From: Ptychomitrium polyphyllum
Taxonomy: Eukaryota
Reading direction: 5' to 3'
NCBI GenBank assembly: GCA_973851085.1
Contig: OZ316776.1
Span: 4,092,001 to 4,156,000 of the forward strand
Length of the DNA: 64,000 nucleotides
The position numbers and the translations under genes are program-made. The notes below the pieces were generated by a model, which was not told the DNA's origin, searched no databases, and saw only the letters and a program-made list of their open reading frames with translations. Positions 1 through 13,113 of the stretch are shown one piece after another. Each line of letters opens with the position of its first letter. The first letter of the stretch is position 1.

Positions 1-3000
1 TTTAAGAATATTGGAAAGCCGACCACAAGGACCAAAACCTATGCAAATTGATGCTGCCCAGTTTAGACATTTGATTCCAAAAAAAAAAAAAAGGTCGAAG
101 AGAAAACCTATGTTTATATTGTGGCAAGTCTAGACATAAAGTGTGCAATTGCTAAATCAAAGGATCTACTTTTAAGGCTCAAAGCACAATGGTGGAGTTG
201 GAAAACGAGGTTGTTTAATCACAATAGGGTCCATGCAACTAGATACCACAAGGAAACGACCATCAAATCAAGGTTTCTTACTACCTTCAAGCCCTACCTC
301 TTGTTTTACATTTCTTATCAAAATTAAATTGTTAGATGATGAAATAATTAGTGAGGCTCTTTTAAACACTGGTGCAACAACATATTTCATGGACAAGGAT
401 TTTGCAACCAAACATCATATGGTGCTTGTGAACAAAAAATATCCCGCACCTGTTGAAGTTATTGATGGACGATCTCTTGCGTCTGGCAATATTATTGAAG
501 AAACTCAACTCCTTGAGGTTGTTTTAGGAGATCAGGCATCTAAGATTGTCTTCAACATCATTCAATGCTTAACAAATCCTATTGTTTTGGGCCTTCCTTA
601 GTTTGAATAACATAATCCAGACATTGACTGGCGCTCACGAAGTGTGGTCTCAAAAAAAAGACGTCAAGGTACAAGAAATCTTGGACCATCATTTATTAGA
701 GCTAAAGCATTTATGAGAGCGGCAAAGGATGAACCAATTTATGCCATTTATGCCATGCCAATATCCGTCTCTATAATAGAGACTAATTGAAACATACCTC
801 ATCAATATCAAGATTATAAAGACGTTTTGGAAAAGAAAAATGCGGACATGTTACTAAAGCACCGGCCTTACAATTGTACCATTGAGTTGCAAGAGGAGTC
901 CGACCACCTTTTGGACCTATTTATAACTTATCACAAACTGAATTGACTGCCTTGAGAGAATATATTGATGAAAACCTTGGAAAGGGTTTCATTCAACAGT
1001 CTAAATCACCTGCTGGAGCACCCATTCTATTTGTAAAGAAGAAAGATGGATCATTACGTACGTGCGTGGACTATCGAGGCCTCAATAAAGTAACAAAAAA
1101 GAATTGCTATCCATTACCATTAATCTTAGGACTCCTACAACAACTTGGCCAAGCAAAGATATTCACCAAAATTGATCTTAGAGGAGCCTACAATCTTGTA
1201 CGCATCAAAGAAGGAAACGAATGGAAGACAACTTTTTGATCTAGGTATGGTCATTTTGAATACAATGTCATGCCTTTTGGCCTTGCTAATGCCTCCGCAG
1301 TCTTCCAACATATGATGAATGATATCTTCCATGAACATTTGGACGATTTAATAGTCATCTACTTAGATGATATTTTGATATAATCAAAGGATGAACAAGA
1401 CCACCAATGTCATGTACGATTGGTCTTAGAAAAATTACGCCAGCGAGGATTATATGCCAAATTAGAGAAGTGTCTTTTTCATGAATCCTCGGTTGAATTT
1501 TTAGGTTACATCATTTTCAAAGGAGGAGTCCATATGGATAAGAAAAAAATAAGCACTGTCATGGAGTGGAGTACGCCAAGATCAATTCGAGATGTTCAAT
1601 GCTTCTTGGAATTTTCAAACTTCTACAAAATATTCATCCAAACTTATTTTTAGATTGCGGCACCATTCACACATCTTACGGAGAAGCAAGAATTCAATTG
1701 GGATGTAGAGGCAGAAAAAGCATTTCAAAGTCTTAAGAAGTCATTCACGTCGGCTCCAATTCTTAATCATCCAAATCCATCAAAGCCTTTCTATTTGGAA
1801 GCGGATGCCTCAGATTTTGCGCTTGGCTCAGTACTCTCACAATATGATGAAGACAAGAGACTTCACTCTCTTGCCTTTTCTTCAATGAAGTTCTCAGCGG
1901 CAGAGATCAACTATGATATACATAATAAAGAACTACTTGCAATTGTGGATGCGTTTGAAGAATGGCAATACTTATTAGAAGGAGCTCAACATACCATCAT
2001 AATATACACTCACCACAAGAATTTGGAGTATTTCATGATTGCACGCATTTTGAATTGCCGTTAAGCGAGGTGGAGTATGTCGCTTTTTAGATTTGACTTT
2101 GCCATTACCTATCGATCTGGTAGCTTGCAAGGTAAGCCAGATGCCTTATCTCAAAGATCTTATTTAGCTCCTCAATTTGGGGATGATGTTTTGAATCAAC
2201 AAAGGACTATTTTATTGAAGCCTGAGAATCTTCAATTGAAAGCAGCTATTATTACAACAACATCCCATCTTGACGAAATTTGGAAGGCTTTGAAGAATGA
2301 CGTCTTTGTTTCAAATATAAAGAAGTTTATCAAAGATAATGGAAATCTTCTAAATAGCGATGAAGACTTTGAATTCCAAGAAGGCCTACTTTATTATAAA
2401 GGACTTTTGTACCTACCTCCAGGCCCTTTGCGATTGAAGCTCCTTCAAGCACGTCATGATTTTCCAGCAGCAAGACATTTTGGATTTAATAAAACAATGG
2501 AGTTGATTGCTAGAGACTATTGGTGGCCACAAATGTGGAAGTACGTGAAGGACTTTGTTCAATCATGCGACACTTGTGCAAGAGCCAAGGTACCAAGGCA
2601 CCAACCTCATAGTCTCTTCCACCCGCTTCTAGTGCCAAAAGGCCCATGGTTGTCTTTATCAATGGATTTTATCACGGACCTTCCAAACTCCGATTCTAAG
2701 GATTCTAATTTTGTAGTAGTGGATTGATTTACTAAAATGGCACATTTCATTCCATGCAACAAGACAGTAACCGGAGAAGAAATTGCCAAGTTGTTCCTAA
2801 ATCCCGTCTACCGCATACATGGACTACCAGATGATATTGTATCCAATCGAGGGCCGCAGTTCATTTCCAACTTTTGGAGGGCTCTATTCGAGCTGTTGCA
2901 TGTAAAGATCAATCTTTCTTCAGCACACCATCCGCAAACTGATGGTCAAACCAAACGTGTAAACCAAATTTTGGAGCAGTACATTTGTTGTAGCATAAGC

Positions 3001-4815
3001 TACTAGCAAGACAACTAGATGGACCTCTTGCCTTTGGCAGAATTTGCTTACAACAATACGGTGCATTCTTCAACAATTCAAAGTCCATTCTTTGCAAACT
3101 ATGGCCATCATCCTTGAGCAAAACCATTTCAAGTGAAGCATGTTGGAAGCCATGCAGCAGAGGATTTTGCAATTCAACTTGCTAAAATCCATCAAGAAAT
3201 TACCTTCCAATTACAACAAGCTCAAGATCATTACAAAACTTATACAGATTGCCATCGGAGGGACCATCCAAAGTTCAAGGTTGGAGATAGTATATGGCTC
3301 CTACGACAAAATATACAAACAAAAAGACCATCAAAGAAGTTGAACTATCAAAGGCTGGGACCGTTTGAAATCAGCGAACAGATAAATCCGGTTAATTATT
3401 GCCTAAAGCTACCACCAAACATGCAAATTCATCCAATATTCCACGTATTGTTGTTGGAAACCTATAACAAATCATGTATACCAGATAGAACTGTCCCTCT
3501 GCCTCCTCTGTTGGAAATCAATAATGAAATTGAATATGAAGTGGAAGAGATCTTAGATTCACGCATCAAAAAAGGACGTGTGGAGTACCTTATACATTGG
3601 CAAGGATATGGCATCAATGACCAAACATGAGAACCTTCTATGAATGTAACAAATGCATCTAAGAAGGTACGCAAATTTCATCAAAGATATCCTTAAAAAC
3701 CATGTCAGCAATTATGTGTCATCAGTAGCCGTTAGCTTCACAGAGAAGTTTTTTCCTTCATAGACAAGTATAAGAAGGGAGGAAAGATATCCAAACCTCC
3801 AATTGTATGCAGCATTATTTCCAAGATAAATCATTTCGAGATCCTAGCTAGTATGTCAAATCTTCGTGCTATCATGGATATGCGTGAAGAGCAGTCGGCC
3901 ATGCCTTCATCAACAACAGCATCTATTGAGCCAACTCAACTTTCTCAGCCCTCGGTAACGGAGGATCTAAGTCAAGATATGGAAGGGACATCCCAACGTT
4001 GAGTACGACCTCGTGCAGAAGTATTAACTAGTCGCCCTTCACATTCCAGTCTTGATTCAGATGCTCGCCCTCTAGTCATCTTGTTAGAAATTGGAAGAGT
4101 CACTCCTGAAGGACCCGAAATCTTATTTGGAAAATGTCTTGAAGGACTTAATCAAGATCAGATCTTGGGATGGGACATTTTCAACAACACAAGTCTTGGT
4201 TGGTGGTCATCAGCGCTTCTTACAAGGACCAGTTGAACCAGTGAACAGAGAACAACAAGCAGAGTATGTTGCATCACTCCTTTGACAAATTTTGGAATTT
4301 ATAAAAATGCAACAAGCAAGCCAAGAAAAGAACTCTTCATGGGACTGGTCGCTAAAAGGGCAGGTGATGTCACGGACATAGATCATGCAACATAGTCTTT
4401 AGAACATTCTAGAACCTTCTAGTACACTATAAGAGCTTATTATAATACTTTTAAATGTTTCCATAGCCTTTCCAAGTTCTTAGGAAGCTTCCTAGAAAAG
4501 TTCTTCCACCTTAGGAAACTTCCTAGGAAGGTTCCATCATCTTAGGAAATTTCTTGGGAAGGTTCCCTAGACTTCCAGAACATTCTTAAGCCTTGTAGGA
4601 AGCTTCTTTGGAAGTATCCTAGGAGATACAAACGTCATAGTATAAATAGGAGGCAAGACAAGGTATTCTTTAGTCTTGCCAACACAAGTTGTGGATCATC
4701 TTGAATCTTGCCTTGTTCTAGTCTTTGTATCAAGTTCTTGTTAATCATTAACTCTTTGGAAGCTAATTCTTAGAAAACACTTCGTTTCTGCTCCTTGTTT
4801 CTTGTGTTCCTAATA
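1..4815 (+). mobile_element. Degenerate Ty3/Gypsy chromovirus LTR retrotransposon (5' end outside window; RLG1/Tcn1-like by inference)
   Basis: Gag zinc knuckle (CLYCGKSRHKVCNC, ~110-150), protease (ALLNTGA), RT ([32 protein letters not shown]), RNase H (EADASDFALGSVLSQ), integrase (HFGFNKT..YWWP..CDTC; SMDFITDLP) and chromodomain (EYEVEEILDSR..YLIHWQGY). Many stops and frameshifts. PPT aaaagggcaggtga at 4354-4367. Confidence 0.95.
4368..4815 (+). repeat. 3' LTR of the left chromovirus (LTR family B, 448 bp)
   Basis: Starts TGTCACGGAC directly after the PPT, contains TATAAATAGG, ends CCTAATA (decayed CA). Homologous end to end to 21971-22616. Confidence 0.9.
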
Positions 4816-5835
4816 GTTGCCTACAAAATCTAAGAGCCATGAAGAGGAAGTTATAGGCATTGGATGCTTTACAACGAGTTGATTCCAGAATGCTAAAGAT
4901 CGCTCAAATTGGTTAAGGGAGCTAAGAGATATGAAACTCCAAAGTTGGGGCTATCTAGCAACTATTCTAGACTGCGACTGTCCTAGACTGGGTCTATATA
5001 GAACTAAGGCAGTGCATGGAGGGACTCTCGAGAGTTTTGAATCTTGAGAGAAGTATATCTTTCAAATTATTAACTAAAATTGGACGTTTGAGCAGCCTAT
5101 CGGCATCTATATAAAGAGTAGATGACAATGGAGTGGTTGCGCAATAGAATTGGTGACCAAACGGGAAAGATATGGGTCCTTAAAGGTTTGCAAGAAGTTC
5201 CGGAGGCTTCCAACGACTAAATTCCAAGGGAGATTGGGTGGTCATCTGAATTTTTTGGTGTGTTGGGATTCAGCCAACTACAAAGGGCCGGAGGGCCTAT
5301 TGAATCCCACAGAGAGTACTATAGGGAAGGCTCGTCCTCCTCCCCACTCTTATATTATTCTTGTAGTAATCAAGGGTGAGTCCCGGTGAGTGGAGCTAGT
5401 ATTGGGGTTCCACTACAAGAACTCCCCCACCATTGCAAGCTGGTGGATGGCCGATTTTACAAAGGAACTAATGAGTTTTAAAACATGTGTTAGTTATCAC
5501 AATGTTGAAGTGGTGTCTTCATGTCGGCACCAAGGTGGCCCGGGGTGATCATGGGATGACATGGGGATTATGAGTGGTGGTGAGGAGACACCACTAAGTG
5601 CAGTTAGGTCGTGTGAAATGGGAACAACATTAAGTGAGGCCTTGGACATGAATGAAAGTCTGCACCTACTCATTTGGCTACCAAACAATTGTGTGTCTTA
5701 AGATAAATGAATAGGAAGAATTGGAAACCAAGGTTGGAGCTTGGAGGATGGAAATGGGAGCTAATCATGTGTATGTGGAGGTGTTTAGGATTGGTGTGCA
5801 TGATATTTGTAAAGATGCATACAAGGGTCGCAACA
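4816..5835 (+). mobile_element. 3' part of an older family-A LTR into which the left chromovirus inserted
   Basis: Colinear diverged homology to the family-A LTR (from ~21435 onward, and reverse complement of 29494-30632). Ends ...aagggtcgcaaca with no PBS following. Confidence 0.8.
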
Positions 5836-6332
5836 TTAAATTGTTGGCTTGAATTTGTGCATTTTTTACTAAAGCAAATTTAAAAAATAAAGCACCTAGG
5901 ATGATTTGGAAGAGCAACTAAGATTCTTTTTATTTTTGACCATTATGTATGGTCAAATAAGGTTCTTAATTTTGCTTAGATAAAGTCTCGGTCTTGACTT
6001 TTAATGCTTCAAAAGCATTGATAATGAAATATAAGTTGGCTTCTTTTTAATTGGTCATATTAATTTCTACACCTCCTAGCATTAAAACAAAATAGAAATA
6101 TTAAATAATCAAAAATTAAGGAAGATTCAAGTGGTAATATCAACTTAAAAGAGGATAATTTGCAACTTCTAGAGCATTATAATACTTTGAAGAAGAAAGG
6201 TGTTTTGCTCTCTATCAAGAGAAACTAAGCTCTGATATTATTGTATGGCAGTCTGGACAAATTATTACGGAAAGAATAACAACAAAATAAGGCTTTGGAA
6301 TTTCAAAATACAAAACAAAATATGTCAAAAGT

Positions 6333-6621
6333 ATATTAAAAATAAAGAGCTACCACAAGATACAAAAACAAGGCCAAAAGGTTTGAACTAGATCACAAGA
6401 GATGTATTGCTAAGATTGAAGATTCCTTCAGCCTTGACTACTATATATATTAAGTTTATAAGCCTTGGAAGCTTTTTGAAAAGCTTTTAGGACATTGCTT
6501 CGTACTCAGGCAACCTTGAGTTGTTTCCTTGGAAGTTTTCTAAGCCAAGGTGACTTCCTTGAAAGCTTTCAAAATCTTCTAAGAACCTTTTTCAATGCTT
6601 CTAACATGTATGTCTGTAACA
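6333..6621 (-). mobile_element. Highly decayed LTR fragment related to family B
   Basis: Ends tgtctgtaaca (reverse complement TGTTACAGACA, similar to the family-B start TGTTACGGACA) and has ggaagcttt/ttccttggaag motifs. Left boundary uncertain. Confidence 0.4.
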
Positions 6622-6779
6622 AGAGTATTTTTGAATTGTTACTTTGTAAAGAATAATGAAGTTTAAAGAGATTGTTATTATTTTAGAGTGCAAAAAAGGC
6701 CATTGTCCATATTCTCCAATAGTGGCCCCAAATAATTGAAAAAACAGAAATTTGCTTCATCAATAATAGATTGTGATTG

Positions 6780-7000
6780 TTGGACAAGCACTCCCAATCA
6801 TTACATGGCATGTGTTGGTATTAACTTGTTCAATACCATTGTATAATAAAATTGAAACATGTATTCTTTTATAGACAACAAGAAATGCAATTGACAAAGT
6901 GTTGAGTGTTAAGAAGGCTGAGGCATTGGTTTATATTTATTCCAACAGCAAGCTCTTTAAAAACAAGCTCATTCTGACTCAATTAGATTGTATGTGGACA
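6780..7000 (+). mobile_element. hAT transposase C-terminal (dimerisation region) remnant
   Basis: Translation ...N*NMYSFIDNKKCN / LSVKKAEALVYIYSNSKL resembles the plant hAT motif ERNWS..SFIH.K.RNRL....AE.LVYV..N. Disrupted by stops. Confidence 0.55.
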
Positions 7001-8658
7001 AATTGCAATATGAAGAATTTGATCTTAATGGTGCAAAAAAAGCTTCTAGCAACAATGACACACCCAATTCATATGACAGATTGAAAAGACTACAATGGAA
7101 CTAATTTAAATCAGGTCCATGGAAATTAGACCAATGATACTTATACAGATGAAAAATATAGCTTGAACCAAGTGCAAGATGCTTAAAAGGAAGCATTAGA
7201 AGATGATAAAAATGAAGCATTAGAAGATGATGGCATAGATGAAGATGGATTGCTTTACCATAATTATAATATTTACGGCAATCCAACCAATTTAATGGAT
7301 TCGTTTGAATATCCAATAGATAAAAATGAACCACAACACTTGAATGTTGAGGTGGTTGATAATGTGCCAAATGCAATGGAAGAAAGTGATATAAATGTAA
7401 ATAAGGCCAAAGATGATGAAGGCTATGATTGTACTGATGAAGGCCTTAATGACATTCATTTAAACAATAGCAGAATTGATAGTACTAACTTTGTTTACAA
7501 CAATGATACTAAAAATTTTAAACTTTATAGGCAAATGAAAAAAAAACAACCTTGATGAAGATGTTGACAATACGGACTTTAATTCTAATGGACCCCATTA
7601 GCAAGGTGAAGTCCAAAGGTTGTTCAATACAAATAATTAGAATGATATGAATGAAGGAGCATTGGTATAGATGGTCTTTAATTTGAATGCAAAAGGCGTG
7701 GAAGAAGCAATTATTGTAAAAAAATATATAATCACAACATGTCATATTCTTGCAATAACCATAGATGCAAAGTGTAATAAAAATAAGCCATCAAAAAAAT
7801 ATGCATTGAAATGTGAGATACATGCTATAATTAAAGATTGTAGTCTTTGCTAGGTTGCAAAGAGAAACAAGTCCTACGTGTGGTCCTCTTAAAATCAAAA
7901 TTAAATATACTTGGTCCTACTTAGATTTTTTATAAATTTAGATGCTAAAAAAAAATTTAATTTATACTTAACTACTTTCTATGCATTGTAAATCGCGGAT
8001 TGTGCAACTTATGCTTGTGGCCCTTACTTATACTTGTATCTAATTTCTAATTTAGCTTGTGCTTCTTTCTAAACAATCATTCCATCTTCCACACTCATAC
8101 CTTCTTCCTATGTTTCTGCCCCTCTTTTCTTCAAAAATGCATGTGCCCTTCTATCACAATTAAACCTCAAATTTATAAATTCCATTCATAGACATGTAAC
8201 GTGAACATCCACGTAGAGTTTTACTCTACCATATTACACAAAAAAGATGATAAGAAGTAAAATTTAAATCTAAAAATTAGCACAAAATTCCTTTTACACA
8301 AACTTGTCCACTTTAAACATTACAACCAACACATTCATTTGTCCATTTGCTCTAAAAAAGACAAATTTAAAGCCATGTCTACTTAATAAAATAATATTAG
8401 TTGTAAAAGCACGGTCAAATTCTATTACTTAAACTTGTGGTTCAAGAACAACAAACAGACTCATAGCTTCTTTTTATTGACAAAATTACAATTCTTCAAT
8501 ATGTAACAATGACAAAAGGAAGCTTCAACAAAAACTCCTTAGGGAACTTGTCATCAAGGAACAAGGTCATGTTACAGATAAGACCACGCAACATAGTCAT
8601 AAATAACCCCTCCAGGTACGTCCAAAACGCCCTAGTAAAATTCCAGAGCCCCACCAAC

Positions 8659-10772
8659 AAGACGATTACCGAACTCAGCATTACGTCTGCACTGGTATTA
8701 AAGTTTGTTGATTGCACTTATGAAATAAAATAACAAGTCAGCTTCGTTCTTGAAGAGTTTCGTCACAAGAATCGGTGAAGCAGTCACTCTGAAGGGACCA
8801 AGCAACGAGAAGTGGAGAGTCCAGATTGGACCTGGCAAAGAAAAATTTAGTGTAGAATTCAGAGATGGGTGGCACAAGTTCGTGGTTGACCATATCTTAC
8901 AGATTGGAGACCAGCTATCTTTCACTCTAACAGCGGATTCTTATTTCCAAGTGGTGGTAATACCCCTTACTCTGAAGCAATCGAGTCAGCTTGAGAGCAA
9001 TCTGTTTGAATGCTTGTGATTTCCGAAATATGAATTTAATTTCAGGTGTTCTACTAACCTGGTCTCTGTGTATGTGCTAAACCTCCAGGTTTACGACGAG
9101 AGTGGGTCTCAGAAGATAAGTGCCACGGATGCAATAAACTCGCCTCCCACACTCCAGCAGTCGAAAGGAGTGGAAGTCGATCAAGGCGGACCATCTGTTC
9201 GACTTCCTTTCCGCAACAAACCTTCGGCGAGACCGAAACAGAAGGTGAGGAGGAGGATTCGAACAGATAGTGTCGTGCTGCCTGTGAAGTCAGATGTCGA
9301 ATCACCTGTGTTACATTCCAGCGAGTCAGAGCTGAGGAACAGTGACACACCGGAAAAGGAAAACAAGTCCAAGGAAATAGCAAGCGAAGTAAAATCACAA
9401 GACGAGCCTGATCCAGACGGAAGCTATCTTCCGCTGCTGCCCCCACATGTAATACTTTGTGGGCATGTCATTTCCAAGCGGCGTCCAGTAAGTCAAGCAG
9501 AGAGAGACCGAGTTCTCATTGCAGCAAGAGCGTTACCCATCTCCAATCCCAAGCTTGTGGTGGTAATGTCCAAAGCCTACGTATACAGAGGATTTTGGAT
9601 GGTGAGTCCCCGAACATTCAATTGAACCATTTGAAACGTAAATTTATTCATGCATTTCATTTTGTGTCAAAAAAGTCACTGGACACTGCATCTACCCGTA
9701 CATATGTCCAGAACTTCAGGAGGCATAATGATTTGCACAAAAGTGGATATGCAATCGCATACTTCAATTGTTCTGACAGATTACTTGGTTGATGTAGGCA
9801 CTCAGCAGACCCTTCGCAAAAGCACATATGCCCAAAGAGACAAGGGAAGTGTCAATGCTAAACAAGGCTGGGCGAAAATGGACTGTAAAGTGGCTGTATA
9901 AGGCGACAGCTGGGTCGGGCTTCAGTGGTGGCTGGAGAGGATTTGCCCTGGATCACCGCCTTGAAGAAGGGGATGTTTGTATTTTCGAAATTGTGGATCA
10001 AGAAAACTATGTTCTCCTCGTCCACATCTTCCGGGTCACAGGGGGCCCTAAGGAAGACACTCGTGATTACGGCAATACTCCTGGCAGGAGTAGGAATGCT
10101 GACTGGATTCAGACTCCCACTGGATTTAAACGTAAGAGTACGGAAGCGAACTCCTTTCATCGACACGCTCCCCGTCCTAGTTCACCAAAGAAGTGCGTTG
10201 ATACTCCTGGAATATATAAGCCACCTGTCAGATGCTCAAAACTTGAGGATCCGGATTATTCCCAATGCCAGACCTCACAGAAGGTTCAAACGCCTAGTTG
10301 CTCAAAGAGAGGGTTGAAACCTGCTGCGAAAGTTGGCCATGGCGTGCGCAGTCCTGACTTTGTGCCAGACGAGACAATGCAGTACAGTCAGAAAGTGAAG
10401 AAGGCAAAGGTCTCGCCAACAACTTCCTGTGAGGTCTATGCAGAATACGCCTCCTTTGTTACGCCGCCTTCCGGAGACTTAGAGACGTTCGGACTGGGGG
10501 CAGACCTGAATATTCGCCCATTACTTACAAAGGAGTCTGCAGTAGACAAGGGCAAATCTCCACGAGACAATCTCCTCAAGCTGGGAAAGGAGCTGGTGGG
10601 AAGCCAGACTCCTAGACCTCTGTCCCCATCATATTCATCTTCTCCCTGTGACGGTAGTCAAGGAATGCATATCGTGAAGCCGATCAAAGGAGTCTCGGCC
10701 CGCCAAGACAAGGAGGACCTGAATCAGACAGAGACCTGCGCCTGTACCTCTGAAAACCATGGGTCTCTTTGA
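8659..10772 (+). pseudogene. 5'-truncated copy of the B3/REM-domain gene (left arm)
   Basis: Segments 8751-8956, 9089-9601 and 9798-10772 are identical to the right-arm gene. Only a decayed end of exon 1 (ITELSITSAL) survives; the ATG and promoter are missing and the exon-2 acceptor is deleted. Confidence 0.8.
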
Positions 10773-12434
10773 CATGAAAGATAGCCATTAAGATATCTGG
10801 CGTACTAATTGGCATATGTGAACTCGTTTGAATCTAAATCGAGCGTCTAAAGGAGAACAGAAGGGTAAAAGTGAAGTGCTTCTCACTTTAAAAAATCGCT
10901 TAATAGGTGCCGACAAACATGCAGCTCCGCTTAGGTGGTGCCAAATTTTGATGCATGTGATGGAGCTAGACGATCTCACTACCTGCAGGAGCTGCGCTGT
11001 CAAGTTTTGAAAACATGAAACCCCTGTAAAATATGATAGTACATTCAATCCTTTTAATGGAACGCAAAGTATATATCCCGCTACATATCCATTTCAATGC
11101 TAGTTAGTCTGCTGGAGCCTTCTTGTCACAAGGAATGCTCAGTTCCACAGGGAGCTTCAACATATGCTTTTGAATTCGTAACGTACTTGTATATAACGTT
11201 ATGGCTAGTTGAACTGTCATATAACATGCACTCCTTATGCGTATTCAGGCTCTCTGAAATGTCAACTTGCATGACGCTCGTTCCAGGATTCAGATCTCTC
11301 TTCTGAACAACAAGAGGTTTTAGAAAGCTTTGACAAAATTGTGCTTGAGCTTGTTTTACACGAAGAAAAGAATTAGTGTTTGTCCTTCACACTAGTTTTG
11401 CCGAAAATCAGAGCCTACAAAAAACAGCAAAGTTGTACCATTGTACCATGCCTATCCAGAACCAAAAACTTGATTCCAACCAAACTCCATAAACCACGAA
11501 ATCCAAATTCGTTGCAATCATTTCAGCGGCCCCCCTTCACAAACAAATCATCAACAGATTTGAGGCTTCCATACTCTGCATCTCCAACCGACTTTAGAGC
11601 CTATGAACCAAGAGGTAGGCTGATGTCAACCACTTTTGCACTACAATCCTGCAACAACTAACCGCAACGCCAGGTTTATAATGAGGGTCACAGGAATGGC
11701 CCAAACCTCCACAGCACTACTAAACTGGTAAACCGCAATGAGCACCGGCGAGCAAGGTGCTCCAAGCACCAGGGGCCTCTTCGCCCTCTCCACTCACGAA
11801 ACGATACAAAGCGATACACGAGACTGAAGTCTATGGACCCCTTCAACCGAACTTTCCCCCAGATTCACCACACTCGATCACAAGAGCTTAAGCAGATACG
11901 ACGTTGGTTTCGGACATGCAAAACCTTCATTGCCCATATCCAGCACTAGGGTTTGCCCATCACCAACGCACAGTTTCACTTTTGGGCGAACCTTAGACAT
12001 CCCAGCTGAGTGTCATGGTTGTCAAGGTTTCGTGGTGTTTGCCAGTAGGTTAGAGAATTTCAGTGCTTTTGCTCCCGAGTGTGCAGGCTTCACGCCATCA
12101 GGAGGGGCACCCCTCTCCCACACCCAAATTCATGTCCACATTCAGCTTCAGACGACAACTGTAGAAGGAGACTCTCCTTAAGGGTGAAAAGCAAATCAAC
12201 GGATGAACAGGTTCATTCTCGTGGTACGTACACAAAAATGTTCGGAGCAGAAGGGCTTGCAGGTTCGGGCAGCACTGGGCAGTGCGGCAGCCTGAGTGCA
12301 GCGCCCCTTTCGGGCCAGGAAGGATGAGGAGGGAGGTAAGGAGACCGTTCTGGACGCGAGCAGTCGGCAGCCCCTCTGCCGTCCACCATCATCCACAATC
12401 CATCATCGTCATCCATCACCATCTCGCTCACAGT

Positions 12435-12459
12435 GGCCGTTAGAACGCCATTATTTGAA
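12435..12459. promoter_or_regulatory. Candidate MSA element plus CHR-like TTTGAA in the Aurora promoter (mirror copy 39462-39486)
   Basis: Reverse complement of 12435-12444 is TCTAACGGCC, matching the MSA consensus YCYAACGGYY. TTTGAA at 12454-12459. Further AACGG cores near 12198 and 12345. CT-rich leader near 12570. Confidence 0.5.
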
Positions 12460-13113
12460 AAGTCCTGGGAAGCAGCGTCGCCAGGGTCGCCGTCGCCGTA
12501 GTCGTTTATAGAGTTTCCCTCGCACTCCGTCTTGGGTGTCGCGGCGCCATCGTCCTGTCTCCTCGGCCTCTGTCTCTTCTCTCTCCATGCTCGCGCTGGA
12601 GTACCCTCGTGTGGCATTCTGTCGCGCTCCGTCCTCCCGGTTGCTGGGCCTTCGTTCGGAGTTCTCGTTTCGCGTTTCCACGTCGGTTTTGACGAAGGGC
12701 TTTGTGGGCTCGAGGTCACTGAGGCTGACGCGCGAGTTCGGGCGTGGTGCTGGATTGGTGGATTGGACTGCTCGGCCTGTGAGGCTGGAGGTGAGTGGGT
12801 TCGTGTTGCTGATGTAGCTCCGGGGTGCGACGGGGTCCGGTGTCCGCGAAGGAGGGTAGTATGCTGTGGGCTTTGGGAGGCATTCGACTGCGAGGAGAGG
12901 TGCGGGGTCGGAGCGTCCCGGCGGTCGTGGGGGCGTGGCGCCGGAGGGCCTGGAGGGGAAGGCGACAGGCTGCGCGTGCAATGTGCGGTAGGGGCGACGG
13001 TAGAATGAAGGAGCGGGGATTGTGATACGGAATTGCTGCCGGGGAGCTGTGTTGGCGGTGAGCGTCAGTGCCTGCGTGGCCGTTTCGGACAGGGAGGTGT
13101 GGGAGTCGGCGAG

